DNA from: Sporocytophaga sp.
GTDB lineage: Bacteria > Bacteroidota > Bacteroidia > Cytophagales > Cytophagaceae
Direction of reading: 5' to 3'
Assembly: GCA_024707265.1 (NCBI GenBank)
Contig: JANQAB010000002.1
Span: forward strand, 244,188-268,187
Length of the DNA stretch: 24,000 bases
In this document: positions 7,683 to 16,818 of the stretch, one piece after another
Position numbering within the stretch: the first letter of the stretch is position 1
Layout: every line of letters starts with the position of its first letter
Translations under genes and position numbers: made by a program
The notes under the pieces: generated by a model
What the model was told of the DNA's origin: nothing
Databases searched by the model: none
The model's input: only the letters and a program-made list of their open reading frames with translations

Positions 7683-9578
7683 ATGGTAAAAATTAAAAGC
7701 ATATATCCATTTAATCTTTCATTTCATACTTTATGGGTATATGCATTTATTTTATTGATTTCCTTTGGGGCGACAGAGGTAATAGCAGAAGGCACTAAAG
7801 AGTTAATGCCTAAACCCACCGATCATGGAGTTGTTCAGATATTCGATCGCTCCAGGTTGTTTATGACCTATGACGCTCCGAAAGAAAACCGGCTAAATAT
7901 TCACATCTGCAAGGCTGGTGAAATTATTTATTTCGGTTTTAATCAGCCGGATGAAGATGTTTATTTCAGGCTTAAAAGTCCCGATGGTACTGTAGTAATG
8001 GGACCTACCTTGTTGCCTGCTTCCGGTGCTGGTTTTATTGCTAGTTACAACCAGGCCGTTACAGGTCCTGTACAATTATCTCCAGGAGGCTATAATGCGC
8101 TTTCCTATACTTCTCTTGTAGATGGAGATTATTATATTGAATTTAATCCGGTGTCTCCAACAACAATAACGGATTCAAAGAGATATTTTGATCTGTTTGA
8201 TATAACTGTCGCAGATGGAAATACTGCTAAACCCGGGCGGTTATGGTCTTATACATGGGATATCAATACTACCAATGCTGATTATTCTTTTAACGGGAAG
8301 ATGTATGTGCTGTCAACAGATAGTATTGTTACTTCCATTGACTTTAATGGAATCCAGCCTTATGGTGCTACCATCAGCGCAAATTCAAAGGGGTGCACCA
8401 ATACCGGAATGGCCATTAATGACAGAACCAGCAGGGTAGGCAATGTAACTTATCCCGAGTATAAAATCTTTCTGAATGATCCTGATCCTGCATGTTATCC
8501 CACAGGCACCTTTGGTAATTTCTTACAAAAGCCATTTATAAGTGGATGTGATCCTGATAACAGGTGTATAAACATTTCTGTAGATAAGCCTGGGAACATT
8601 GAAGTGGTTTTGGATATAAATGGGCAGGATGGATATCAGGCTAATACTACAGATAGAATTCTCTCTGCTTCTGTAACCAAAGGGCAGAACTGTATCAAAT
8701 GGGATACAAGAGATGGTAAGGGAAACATAGTGCCTCCTGGTACACCGGTGGAAATAGAGATAAGTTATGGAAATGGAATCACGCATCTACCGTTGTATGA
8801 TGTTGAGCATCATAAAAACGGATATATTGTTGAACTGGTAAGACCGATAGGCCCTAAACCCCAGCTATTCTGGGATGATAGTCAACTCAAAGCTGGGATT
8901 GCTATTGATGGACTAGCCAATCTTACCGGGTGCTCCGATGCAGATGGATGTCATCAATGGATAGACAGGGGAACAGACGATTGCAGACAAGAATGTCCTG
9001 AAACTATAAATACCTGGTGGTATGCCAGGATGGTAAAAGAGAATGTTGAATATCTTGTATCACTTCCCAAGGTGGATGCTGAAACAAGAAATAAACCCGG
9101 TGAGATTAATGATACACTTGTTTGTGTTAATGTTCCAAACTTCCGCTTAAGTGGCAGCTTTACAAATGCTTCAGGTGCTCAATGGATTGGAGGTAATGGA
9201 GTTTTTAACGCTTCGCGTGCCGGACTTAGTCCTTCGTATATTCCAACTGAAGAGGAAAGAAAGTCGGGATTGGTTAAGTTATATTTAAAATCAGACGGTC
9301 AGGCTAAATGTCCTTCTGCGACAGATTCTATCTTGATCCGTTTTAAGAAACTTCCTGAAGCAGAAGCTGGAGACTCTCTTGTCCTATGCGAAACGACAAA
9401 AGTTATTAATTTGAATGGCATTGTCAAAAATGCTACAGGAAGCATCTGGTCAGGAGGCAACGGGAGCTTTGGAGATAAAAATAAAATAACAACAACCTAT
9501 ACGCCTTCTGCAGCTGAGTTAAAATCAAATTCTTTTTTTGTTAAGACTTGCTTCTGTAAACGCAGCTCCATGTCCTGA
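7683..9578 (+). CDS. 5' part of a large T9SS type-B cargo / gliding-motility-associated surface protein; frame breaks at the T7 run 9533-9539
   Basis: N-terminal hydrophobic signal-like segment (LWVYAFILLISFGATEVIA). The body is Cys-rich with repeats. The last 13 codons after the T7 run (VKTCFCKRSSMS) do not fit the repeat pattern, whereas the +1 frame does. Confidence 0.75.
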   Translation: MVKIKSIYPFNLSFHTLWVYAFILLISFGATEVIAEGTKELMPKPTDHGVVQIFDRSRLFMTYDAPKENRLNIHICKAGEIIYFGFNQPDEDVYFRLKSPDGTVVMGPTLLPASGAGFIASYNQAVTGPVQLSPGGYNALSYTSLVDGDYYIEFNPVSPTTITDSKRYFDLFDITVADGNTAKPGRLWSYTWDINTTNADYSFNGKMYVLSTDSIVTSIDFNGIQPYGATISANSKGCTNTGMAINDRTSRVGNVTYPEYKIFLNDPDPACYPTGTFGNFLQKPFISGCDPDNRCINISVDKPGNIEVVLDINGQDGYQANTTDRILSASVTKGQNCIKWDTRDGKGNIVPPGTPVEIEISYGNGITHLPLYDVEHHKNGYIVELVRPIGPKPQLFWDDSQLKAGIAIDGLANLTGCSDADGCHQWIDRGTDDCRQECPETINTWWYARMVKENVEYLVSLPKVDAETRNKPGEINDTLVCVNVPNFRLSGSFTNASGAQWIGGNGVFNASRAGLSPSYIPTEEERKSGLVKLYLKSDGQAKCPSATDSILIRFKKLPEAEAGDSLVLCETTKVINLNGIVKNATGSIWSGGNGSFGDKNKITTTYTPSAAELKSNSFFVKTCFCKRSSMS

Positions 9579-9891
9579 TGTCTTTGATGAGGTTAAGATT
9601 ATATATCAACAAGCCCCTCATATAGAAGCGGGTTTGCCTATTAGTCTATGCGCAGATAAAGATTCTGTTCAGGTATCAGGGAGCATTATGAATGCTACTG
9701 GCTTAATATGGAGTGGAGGAATGGGCAGCTTTTCTTCTAACTCAAAAGCGCAAACGTATTACAGGTTTAATCCGATTGAAAAATCAGGAACTGTTACACT
9801 TACCTTAGAAGCAAAAGGTGTAGCGCCATGTGGCCCTGTTTCTGATGAGGTTAAAATTTTGATTAATCCATTACCAATTGTAAGTGCAGGC
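9108..9891 (+). repeat. Three tandem protein-coding modules of about 88 aa within the cargo gene
   Basis: Each module reads C..(6-9)..(S/N)G..(T/K/M)NA(S/T)G..W.GG.G.F ... (P/N)..E.KS(G/N)...L.L......(A/K)(P)C(P/G)...D...I......P...AG. The second module spans the frameshift. Confidence 0.8.
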
Positions 9892-11310
9892 AATGATCTG
9901 AGTAAATGCAACGGTGACGTTGCTTTATTTGAAGCAAAATCTTCTCCTTCTTATTCTTATGAATGGATAGATGAAGCAGGTAACGTTGTGGGTAAAGAAA
10001 CTACACTGAAAGTTACTTCCTCTGATGACCGGACTTTTATTCTTAAGGGTAAAGACAATTATGGTTGTATGTCTTTTGACACGGTACAACTTATAACTAT
10101 TTCAACTCCGAAATTAATTCTTCCAAAAGATCTATGTCTCAGTGATACTTTGAAGATCAATGCTGTTTCTCAATCAGCATCTTATGCAGGTACTTACACA
10201 TGGAAAAGAGATGGAATGGTATTGCCAGGCAAAGTGACATCCGAGATTGGTATAACTGAAGCAGGTGTTTATGAGGTAGACTTTAAGAATGGGAGCTGTA
10301 AAGCTTCTGCAAAATCTACGGTATGGGCTTCCCCGGCTTTAACTCTTGCTGATTCTGTTATTGAATGTGAAAGTACAAAAGTTGTTTTATCTGCGAGTAT
10401 GGTTGAGAATGCTTTTTATACCTGGTCTCTCAATCATTCGCAATTGCCTTTTACCACAGCATCTATTGAAGTAATATCTTCTGATTCAATTCAAAAATAT
10501 TATGTTGAGGTAAAAGACAATCATGGTTGCAGGGACAAAGACAGCATCTTGCTTGTTGGTATTCCTTTACCAAAAATTGTGGCAACTGATACTGGAATTT
10601 GTCCCGGAAAAGAAGTCGTATTAAGACCTGTCATAACGAATACACAGAATGCCATCGGACTTCCTCTTGAATACAGTTGGATGGTTAATGGGAATGCCTC
10701 GGACAATCATGATAACATTTATAGAACGTCTGATGAAGGGGAATATCAATTTTCTGTTCAAGTGGGAAGTTGCTATAACTTCAAATCCTTTATAGTAAAA
10801 AGGTATCCTGCACCAACGAGGTCACTTCCTGAATTGATTAAGTTTTGCAGAGAAGAGACACCCTTTTATGAACTTAGTGCAGGAACAGGAACACGATATC
10901 TATGGCATCAAACGGGCGACACTTCTCAGTCAATAAGTGTTGCATTGCCAGGGAGGTATTCAGTTTTAATTACCAATGAATATGGTTGCACAATTGAAGA
11001 TGCAACTGAGGTACGAGAGGTATGTCCTCCGAGAGTTTTTATCTCTAACTCATTCTCTCCAAATAAAGATGGAACGAATGACACTTATGATGTATTTGGA
11101 GCAAACTTTACAAATTTTAGAATGCTGATCTTCAATAGATGGGGAGAAATAATCTTTGAAAGCAATGATAGGAATGAGGTGTGGGATGGCCAATACAGAG
11201 GGGAACCCATGCCTGTAGGTGTATATCCATGGATGATAACTTATGAAGGTGATTCGGAAGAATACAAAGGTCCATATAAAATGGAAGGTAGCGTCACAAT
11301 TGTGAGATAA
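9538..11310 (+). CDS. 3' part of the same T9SS type-B cargo gene, ending in a gliding-motility-associated C-terminal (CHU_C / type-B sorting) domain
   Basis: The C-terminus VFISNSFSPNKDGTNDTYDVFG...FRMLIFNRWGEIIFES...VWDGQYRGEPMPVGVYPWMITY matches the TIGR04131/PF13585 consensus (PN.F.PN.DG.ND.F......IFNRWG..VF....WDG...G...P.G.Y.Y). The tracked TTG start at 9538 lies inside the T run and is probably not a real start. Confidence 0.8.
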   Translation: MLRLASVNAAPCPDVFDEVKIIYQQAPHIEAGLPISLCADKDSVQVSGSIMNATGLIWSGGMGSFSSNSKAQTYYRFNPIEKSGTVTLTLEAKGVAPCGPVSDEVKILINPLPIVSAGNDLSKCNGDVALFEAKSSPSYSYEWIDEAGNVVGKETTLKVTSSDDRTFILKGKDNYGCMSFDTVQLITISTPKLILPKDLCLSDTLKINAVSQSASYAGTYTWKRDGMVLPGKVTSEIGITEAGVYEVDFKNGSCKASAKSTVWASPALTLADSVIECESTKVVLSASMVENAFYTWSLNHSQLPFTTASIEVISSDSIQKYYVEVKDNHGCRDKDSILLVGIPLPKIVATDTGICPGKEVVLRPVITNTQNAIGLPLEYSWMVNGNASDNHDNIYRTSDEGEYQFSVQVGSCYNFKSFIVKRYPAPTRSLPELIKFCREETPFYELSAGTGTRYLWHQTGDTSQSISVALPGRYSVLITNEYGCTIEDATEVREVCPPRVFISNSFSPNKDGTNDTYDVFGANFTNFRMLIFNRWGEIIFESNDRNEVWDGQYRGEPMPVGVYPWMITYEGDSEEYKGPYKMEGSVTIVR

Positions 11311-11323
11311 TGGTACTAAGCAA

Positions 11324-12364
11324 ATGAAGTTGATTGTAAAATATTGGTATGTAAAGTTGAAAGCTTTGATTGTGTTTACAATGCTTTTTATTATTATTAA
11401 TAAAGCGGCCGGACAAGACATTCAGTTTTCACAGTTTTATGCCAATACTTTATATCTGAATCCCGCCTTTGCAGGAAGTACGCATGATCTGAGAGGTGTG
11501 TTGCATCAGCGTCTTCAGTGGCCCAAACTTGAGGCTAAATATATAACTTCAATGACAAGTGTTGATACCTATATCAAGAAAACCAATGGTGGTGTTGGGC
11601 TCATAATCATGAAAGACTGGCAAGGTGCAAATACCATAAGTTCTACAGATATAGCACTGCAGTATGCTCAGGAAGTTAACTTTTCTTCAAAATTTTCCAT
11701 GAGGTTTGGCTTACAGGGTGCTTATGTATCAAGGCATATTAATTACGCGCAATTAACATTCCCGGACCAGTACACGGATGGAGGCTTTTCAAGTATTCCT
11801 ACTTCTGAAGATTTTGGGGTGAACAGAAAGAACTTCTTTGATCTCTCTGCGGGAACTGTATTTTACTCCGATAATCTCTGGCTAGGAATTTCAGCTCATC
11901 ATATCAATATGCCAAATCAATCTTTTTACAATGAAGTAGGCAGACTGCCTGTTAAAATTGGTATTGTAGGAGGGTACAAAATAGAGTTGGATGGGGGAGA
12001 ATCAAATAATCCTAATAAGACCGGAAGATATTCGCTTACTCCAACTTTTTATTATAAAATGCAAGGAAAGTCCGATCAACTGGACTTTGGAATTTATGGA
12101 ATGAGAGATGATCTGATGTTAGGGTTCTGGTATAGAGGGCTGCCTATAAAACGTTATGATAGAAACCTTCAGAATAATGAATCTATGGTTGTCCTGTTGG
12201 GGTATAGAATAAAAAGATTAGTTATCTCTTACAGTTATGACTTTACTATTTCAAAACTGAATACTGCTCGTACAGGCGGTTCGCATGAATTAAACCTCAC
12301 CTATATCTATCCATTGCCTCTTAAAAAGAAAATTTATAAAAGACTTCCATGTCCTAAGTTTTAA
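11324..12364 (+). CDS. PorP/SprF-family type IX secretion system membrane protein
   Basis: A signal-like N-terminus is followed by QDIQFSQFYANTLYLNPAFAG, the hallmark start of PorP/SprF beta-barrel proteins. It lies 13 nt downstream of a type-B CTD cargo gene, the typical cognate arrangement. Confidence 0.85.
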   Translation: MKLIVKYWYVKLKALIVFTMLFIIINKAAGQDIQFSQFYANTLYLNPAFAGSTHDLRGVLHQRLQWPKLEAKYITSMTSVDTYIKKTNGGVGLIIMKDWQGANTISSTDIALQYAQEVNFSSKFSMRFGLQGAYVSRHINYAQLTFPDQYTDGGFSSIPTSEDFGVNRKNFFDLSAGTVFYSDNLWLGISAHHINMPNQSFYNEVGRLPVKIGIVGGYKIELDGGESNNPNKTGRYSLTPTFYYKMQGKSDQLDFGIYGMRDDLMLGFWYRGLPIKRYDRNLQNNESMVVLLGYRIKRLVISYSYDFTISKLNTARTGGSHELNLTYIYPLPLKKKIYKRLPCPKF

Positions 12365-12464
12365 GTACTTTCGCTGTCATAAGTAGATATTTTTTATTTT
12401 TTTATAGATTTTTTCAACTAATAAAACTATTTTATCCACTTATGCTTTAGTAAAGCAATGTGAG

Positions 12465-12485
12465 ATGTGATTATTCTAATCACAT
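12465..12485. other. Perfect 9-bp inverted repeat ATGTGATTA-ttc-TAATCACAT followed by TTTTAATTT
   Basis: Read directly from the sequence. It lies 100 nt downstream of the PorP/SprF stop and 140 nt upstream of the antiporter start. It could be an AT-rich intrinsic terminator or an operator. Confidence 0.35.
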
Positions 12486-12624
12486 TTTAATTTCATTATC
12501 ATCCAATTTATTTCATTTGGCATGATGTCTGTTATAGGTTTCCCTCTTATTTAATGAGGTTTTATAGAGGTGAAGGGTAGAAATTATAGTAGTAAGTAGT
12601 AAATTAAATTTTAAGTAAAAAGTC

Positions 12625-14757
12625 ATGACGTTTTTGTTTGATATTTCATTGCCATTTAAAGATCCTGTATTAGTATTTTCAGTGGTATTGTTTATCATAT
12701 TCTTTGCACCTATTGTGTTAAAGAAATTCAGAATACCAGGAATTATAGGTCTTATTTTATCAGGGGTGATTGTTGGTCCTAATGGATTTAATTTGTTATT
12801 AAGAAATTCCGGGATTGTTCTTTTCGGTACAGTAGGTCTTTTGTATATAATGTTTCTTGCGGGTCTTGAAATTGACCTTAATGATTTTAAAAAGAACAGA
12901 AATAAAAGCTTGATATTCGGAGCGCTTACCTTTTTCATACCTTTAATATTAGGTACCCTTGCTTCTTATTACCTTTTGCATTTAAATATTCAGGGTTCTG
13001 TTTTACTTGCGAGTATGTTTGCTTCTCATACTTTGGTTTCCTATCCAATAGCAAGTAAACTTGGCCTTACTAAAAAGCAAGCGGTAACCCTTGCAATCGG
13101 TGGTACTATCATTACAGACACTGCTGTACTGTTATTATTGGCTGTTATTACAGGTTCTGTAAGCGGCAACCTGGACACAGACTTCTGGGTGAGATTATCA
13201 GTTTCCCTTGTAATATTCGGGTTTATAGTGCTCTATATTTTTCCAAAAGTTACCAGGTGGTTTTTTAAGAACGTTGAAGGGGATGGAGGAGCACAATACA
13301 TTTTTGTTTTAGGAATGGTATTCGCAGCGGCTTTTTTATCTGAAGTTGCAGGAGTTGAGCCCATTATCGGAGCATTTCTGGCGGGGCTTTCACTCAACAG
13401 GCTTATACCCCATACATCACCATTGATGAATAGAATCGAATTTATCGGCAATACGCTGTTTATTCCGTTTTTCCTTATCAGTGTGGGGATGATTGTAGAT
13501 GTGAAAGTATTATTTAATGGTTATCAGGCTCTTTTTGTCGCTGGCTTATTGATTGTTCTTGCATTATTCAGTAAATGGGCTGCAGCATTTATCACACAGA
13601 AGATATTTAAATTTTCTTCTATGGAAAGAAATTTAATATTCGGATTAAGCAGTTCACACGCCGCCGCAACGCTTGCAGTAATACTTGTTGGTTTTAACCT
13701 GGAACTTTTTGATGAGGCTATACTTAACGGAACAGTACTACTTATTCTTGTTACCTGTATGGTCAGTTCTTTTGTAACGGAGAGCGCAGGAAGAAAGCTG
13801 GCTATTGCTGAATCGAAAGGTGATGGAGTATATCATGAAATAGAAGAAAGAATTTTAATTGCCATAACAAATCCTGCAAGAATTGAAGCCAAGATCGACA
13901 TGGCTGCAATGTTAAAGGAATCGGATAAGTCTCAGCCTATCTATGCTGTTTCGGTAGTGAATGATGATGAGGAAGCAAGAGACAAACTCATTCAGAATAA
14001 GAAGATGGTTGAGAGGGCAGTCAAACATGCAGCTTCTGCAGAGAATAAACTGGAGGTGGTTTCAAGGATCGATCTGAATATTGCAAACGGAATTGCCCGC
14101 GCTGTAAAGGAACTAATGATTACTGAGGTCATTATCGGTTGGCATGAAAAGAATACAACTACTGAGAAGTTGTTTGGTACCGTGCTTGAAAACCTTGTCT
14201 ACCGCACTGATCAGATGGTCGTGGTAGCACATACACTTCAGCCTTTGAATACGATTGGCAAAATTATAGTGATGGTACCGCCAAATGCAGAACTGGAGAT
14301 AGGTTTTAAAAGGTGGATCAATATGGTTAAAAAATTGGCCAAACAGATTAACAGCCAGGTGGTCTTCTTTGGTGTTTCAGAGTCCCTGCAACATTTGAAA
14401 AAAGCAGTAAATGAAACTAAACCGGGAGTCGAGGCTGATTACAGAGGTTTTTCAGATTGGGACGATTTTCCTTTTTTCTCCGGGCAGCTCAAAGATGACG
14501 ATCTCTTCATTGCTATTACTGCGAGGAAGTCAACATTGTCTCACACATTATTTATGGATTCTATTCCAAAGTTATTGCAGAAATTTTTTGTCAAAAATAA
14601 CTTCATGCTTGTTTATCCTGAGCAATTCAGTGAAGATCCTGAAAATAGAAATCTTCAGCTGGATGGAATGACTACATCTTTGATAAGAGAAGACTTACAG
14701 AGATTTAATAAAATTGGTAAGATATTGAAAGGCGTTTTAAAATGGCCTAGGAAGTAA
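12625..14757 (+). CDS. Cation:proton antiporter (CPA2 / Na+/H+ exchanger family) with a roughly 300-aa cytoplasmic C-terminal domain, possibly USP-like
   Basis: 710 aa. The N-terminal 400 aa are polytopic, with typical Na_H_exchanger signatures (IPGIIGLILSGVIVGPNGFNLL, FLAGLEIDL, FLAGLSLN). The C-terminal soluble half follows the USP-like pattern ILIAITNP...VIIGWHEK. Confidence 0.85.
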   Translation: MTFLFDISLPFKDPVLVFSVVLFIIFFAPIVLKKFRIPGIIGLILSGVIVGPNGFNLLLRNSGIVLFGTVGLLYIMFLAGLEIDLNDFKKNRNKSLIFGALTFFIPLILGTLASYYLLHLNIQGSVLLASMFASHTLVSYPIASKLGLTKKQAVTLAIGGTIITDTAVLLLLAVITGSVSGNLDTDFWVRLSVSLVIFGFIVLYIFPKVTRWFFKNVEGDGGAQYIFVLGMVFAAAFLSEVAGVEPIIGAFLAGLSLNRLIPHTSPLMNRIEFIGNTLFIPFFLISVGMIVDVKVLFNGYQALFVAGLLIVLALFSKWAAAFITQKIFKFSSMERNLIFGLSSSHAAATLAVILVGFNLELFDEAILNGTVLLILVTCMVSSFVTESAGRKLAIAESKGDGVYHEIEERILIAITNPARIEAKIDMAAMLKESDKSQPIYAVSVVNDDEEARDKLIQNKKMVERAVKHAASAENKLEVVSRIDLNIANGIARAVKELMITEVIIGWHEKNTTTEKLFGTVLENLVYRTDQMVVVAHTLQPLNTIGKIIVMVPPNAELEIGFKRWINMVKKLAKQINSQVVFFGVSESLQHLKKAVNETKPGVEADYRGFSDWDDFPFFSGQLKDDDLFIAITARKSTLSHTLFMDSIPKLLQKFFVKNNFMLVYPEQFSEDPENRNLQLDGMTTSLIREDLQRFNKIGKILKGVLKWPRK

Positions 14758-14759
14758 CT

Positions 14760-15167
14760 ATGAAAAGGAGCAGGGTATTATATTTCTGTATAATTATAGG
14801 TCTCATTGGCACAGGCCTGGCTGCCCGGAAATGGAAGGTATTTCTTCCAGACTTGGTCAATGTCTATCTTGGTGATGCTATCTGGGCTGCTATGATTTAT
14901 TTCGGGATAGCCTTTATTTTTAACAGAAAAAGTCTAGCACTCATTGCAATACTCTCATTGGTATTTTGCTATTGTATTGAAGTAAGCCAGTTTTATCATG
15001 CGCCTTGGATTGATGCAATAAGAAATACCAGAATAGGCGCTCTGGTCCTTGGTTTTGCATTTTTGTGGAGCGATATTCTGGCTTACACATTGGGAATCGG
15101 TTTATCATTCCTGGGGGAGTATTTCTTTTTTAAGGGAAAAACCGGGGAAGTAAATGCTGTAGCTTAG
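14760..15167 (+). CDS. Small 4-TM membrane protein, DUF2809-like
   Basis: 135 aa, starting 2 nt after the antiporter stop. From memory, motifs GDAIWAAMIYF and IEVSQFYHAPWIDAIRNTRIGALVLG resemble the DUF2809 family. Confidence 0.55.
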   Translation: MKRSRVLYFCIIIGLIGTGLAARKWKVFLPDLVNVYLGDAIWAAMIYFGIAFIFNRKSLALIAILSLVFCYCIEVSQFYHAPWIDAIRNTRIGALVLGFAFLWSDILAYTLGIGLSFLGEYFFFKGKTGEVNAVA

Positions 15168-15274
15168 TGCTACTCAGTGTGATATTCTATACCTCATATT
15201 TTTACAAGGACTTTTTGATTCATTATCGCTATAAACTTTAATGAGTTTTTAGACGTTTCTTTATATGCAAATCT

Positions 15275-15282
15275 TAATTTTG
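15275..15282 (+). promoter_or_regulatory. Candidate Bacteroidota -7 promoter box (TAnnTTTG)
   Basis: TAATTTTG lies 21 nt upstream of the MATE start codon and matches the TAnnTTTG consensus of Bacteroidota sigma-A promoters. No clear -33 TTTG was seen. Confidence 0.3.
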
Positions 15283-15302
15283 CAGCCTTTCATAAGATAA
15301 AT

Positions 15303-16652
15303 ATGATTTTCAGCAGTTGGTTTAGGGGTAACCTAAAGGAATATAAAGATACGTTAAGAATAGCTTATCCGGTAGTGCTCAGTCAATTCGGCCATATATC
15401 AGTGGGGGTGGCAGATAGCATTATGGTTGGAGGATTAGGAAGTATTCCCCTTGCATCGGCCACATTTGCTTTTAGCGTATTTGTTCCATTTATGATGTTT
15501 GCCATTGGTCTTACATATGGGATTTCTCCCTTAGTTGCCAAGGCAGACGGTGAGCAGAACCACGGTGAAATAAGGAAGATTCTGAAACACAGTATTGTAT
15601 TGAATATCATAGCAGCAATATTGCTTTCAGGAGCATTGTTATTTGCTGCTCCCCTTCTTCAATATTTTCAGCAGCCAAAAGAAGTACTTTCCCTGGCGAT
15701 TCCTTTCTTTAAAATCCTGGTATGGTCATTAGTACCTTTGATTTTATTTCAGATCTGGAAACAGTTTGCTGAAGGACTTGCCATTACCAGACAGGCTATG
15801 TATATCACTGTAATTGCCAATGTACTGAACCTGTTGCTTAACTATCTCCTGATTTATGGCCATTATGGATTTCCAGAGCTTGGTACAAATGGTGCCGCAG
15901 TGGCCACCCTTATTGCAAGGATCTTCATGGCTATTTCAATTTTTGTATTTGTTATAAAATATTCCCGAACCAATATCTTCATCAAAAGCCTGCAAAAGAT
16001 TAACTATTCATTGCAGGAGTTTAAAAGATTGTTTAGAGTAAGTATTGCAGTAGGTTCTCAGCTTGCTTTTGAAACAGGAGCATTCGGAATGGCAGCTATT
16101 ATGATTGGCTGGTTGGGTGCTTCAGAAATGGCAGCACATCATATTGCTTTAAATATGGCCGCAGTAAGTTATATGGGTGCAACGGGAATCGGAGCAGCTG
16201 CTACAGTTCGTGTTGGAAATGAATTGGGGAGAAAAGATTATAATGCAGTCCGCAATGCAGGAAAAGCCGCATTTCACCTTGTTGTGATGTATATGAGCTT
16301 CTGTGCATTGGTGTTTATATTGTTCAGACATGATTTGCCCTCGTTTTATATCAATGAAGAATCTATCTGTAAAATGGCTGCATCCCTATTATTGATCAGT
16401 GCATTTTTTCAATTGTCAGATGGTATTCAGGTTGTATACCTTGGAGCGCTTCGTGGGCTGGAAGATGTGAAGATGCCAACAGCTATTGCCTTGCTTGCCT
16501 ATTGGGTTATAGCGTTGCCATTAGGCTATGTGTTCGCATTTATGTTGAATATGGGCGTTGAAGGCGTTTGGTATGGGCTATTGACAGGGCTTACGGTTGC
16601 GGCTTTGTTGCTTTATTACAGGTTTGAGAAGAAGTCGAAGGAGTTGGTGTAG
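15303..16652 (+). CDS. MATE family efflux transporter
   Basis: 449 aa with about 12 TM segments. The N-terminus (LRIAYPVVLSQFGHISVGVADSIMVG) and a second-half repeat (LFRVSIAVGSQLAFETGAFGMAAIMIG) follow the duplicated MatE pattern. Confidence 0.9.
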   Translation: MIFSSWFRGNLKEYKDTLRIAYPVVLSQFGHISVGVADSIMVGGLGSIPLASATFAFSVFVPFMMFAIGLTYGISPLVAKADGEQNHGEIRKILKHSIVLNIIAAILLSGALLFAAPLLQYFQQPKEVLSLAIPFFKILVWSLVPLILFQIWKQFAEGLAITRQAMYITVIANVLNLLLNYLLIYGHYGFPELGTNGAAVATLIARIFMAISIFVFVIKYSRTNIFIKSLQKINYSLQEFKRLFRVSIAVGSQLAFETGAFGMAAIMIGWLGASEMAAHHIALNMAAVSYMGATGIGAAATVRVGNELGRKDYNAVRNAGKAAFHLVVMYMSFCALVFILFRHDLPSFYINEESICKMAASLLLISAFFQLSDGIQVVYLGALRGLEDVKMPTAIALLAYWVIALPLGYVFAFMLNMGVEGVWYGLLTGLTVAALLLYYRFEKKSKELV

Positions 16653-16818
16653 GGGGAAAGAATGTTGTTAATCGATCATAAGTTTAGATATTCAATTCCT
16701 TCGTAAAGAAAAATTTAGATTATAGTTCTACCGTCCTTGATTTTTAATGTCCCTGAATTCTTGAACATGATTGATTTTCTTTTGATTTAGTTCTTTGGAA
16801 CGGAATAAGGGATGGCTG

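Noticed and set aside
9538-9540. TTG at 9538 as an independent start codon for a separate 590-aa gene
   Set aside because: The TTG lies inside the T7 run. The product would lack a signal peptide although it ends in a T9SS sorting domain. Repeat-module alignment shows the reading frame continues from the upstream ORF.
12465-12485. TGTGA...TCACA palindrome as a CRP/FNR-family binding site
   Set aside because: The half-site spacing is 9 nt instead of the canonical 6. I kept it only as an unexplained palindrome or possible terminator.
12513-12938. 141-aa minus-strand ORF overlapping the start of the antiporter gene
   Set aside because: It is antisense to a well-supported 710-aa transporter CDS. 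Its composition is low-complexity and Lys/Asn/Ile-rich, typical of antisense reading of AT-rich membrane genes, and it has no motif.
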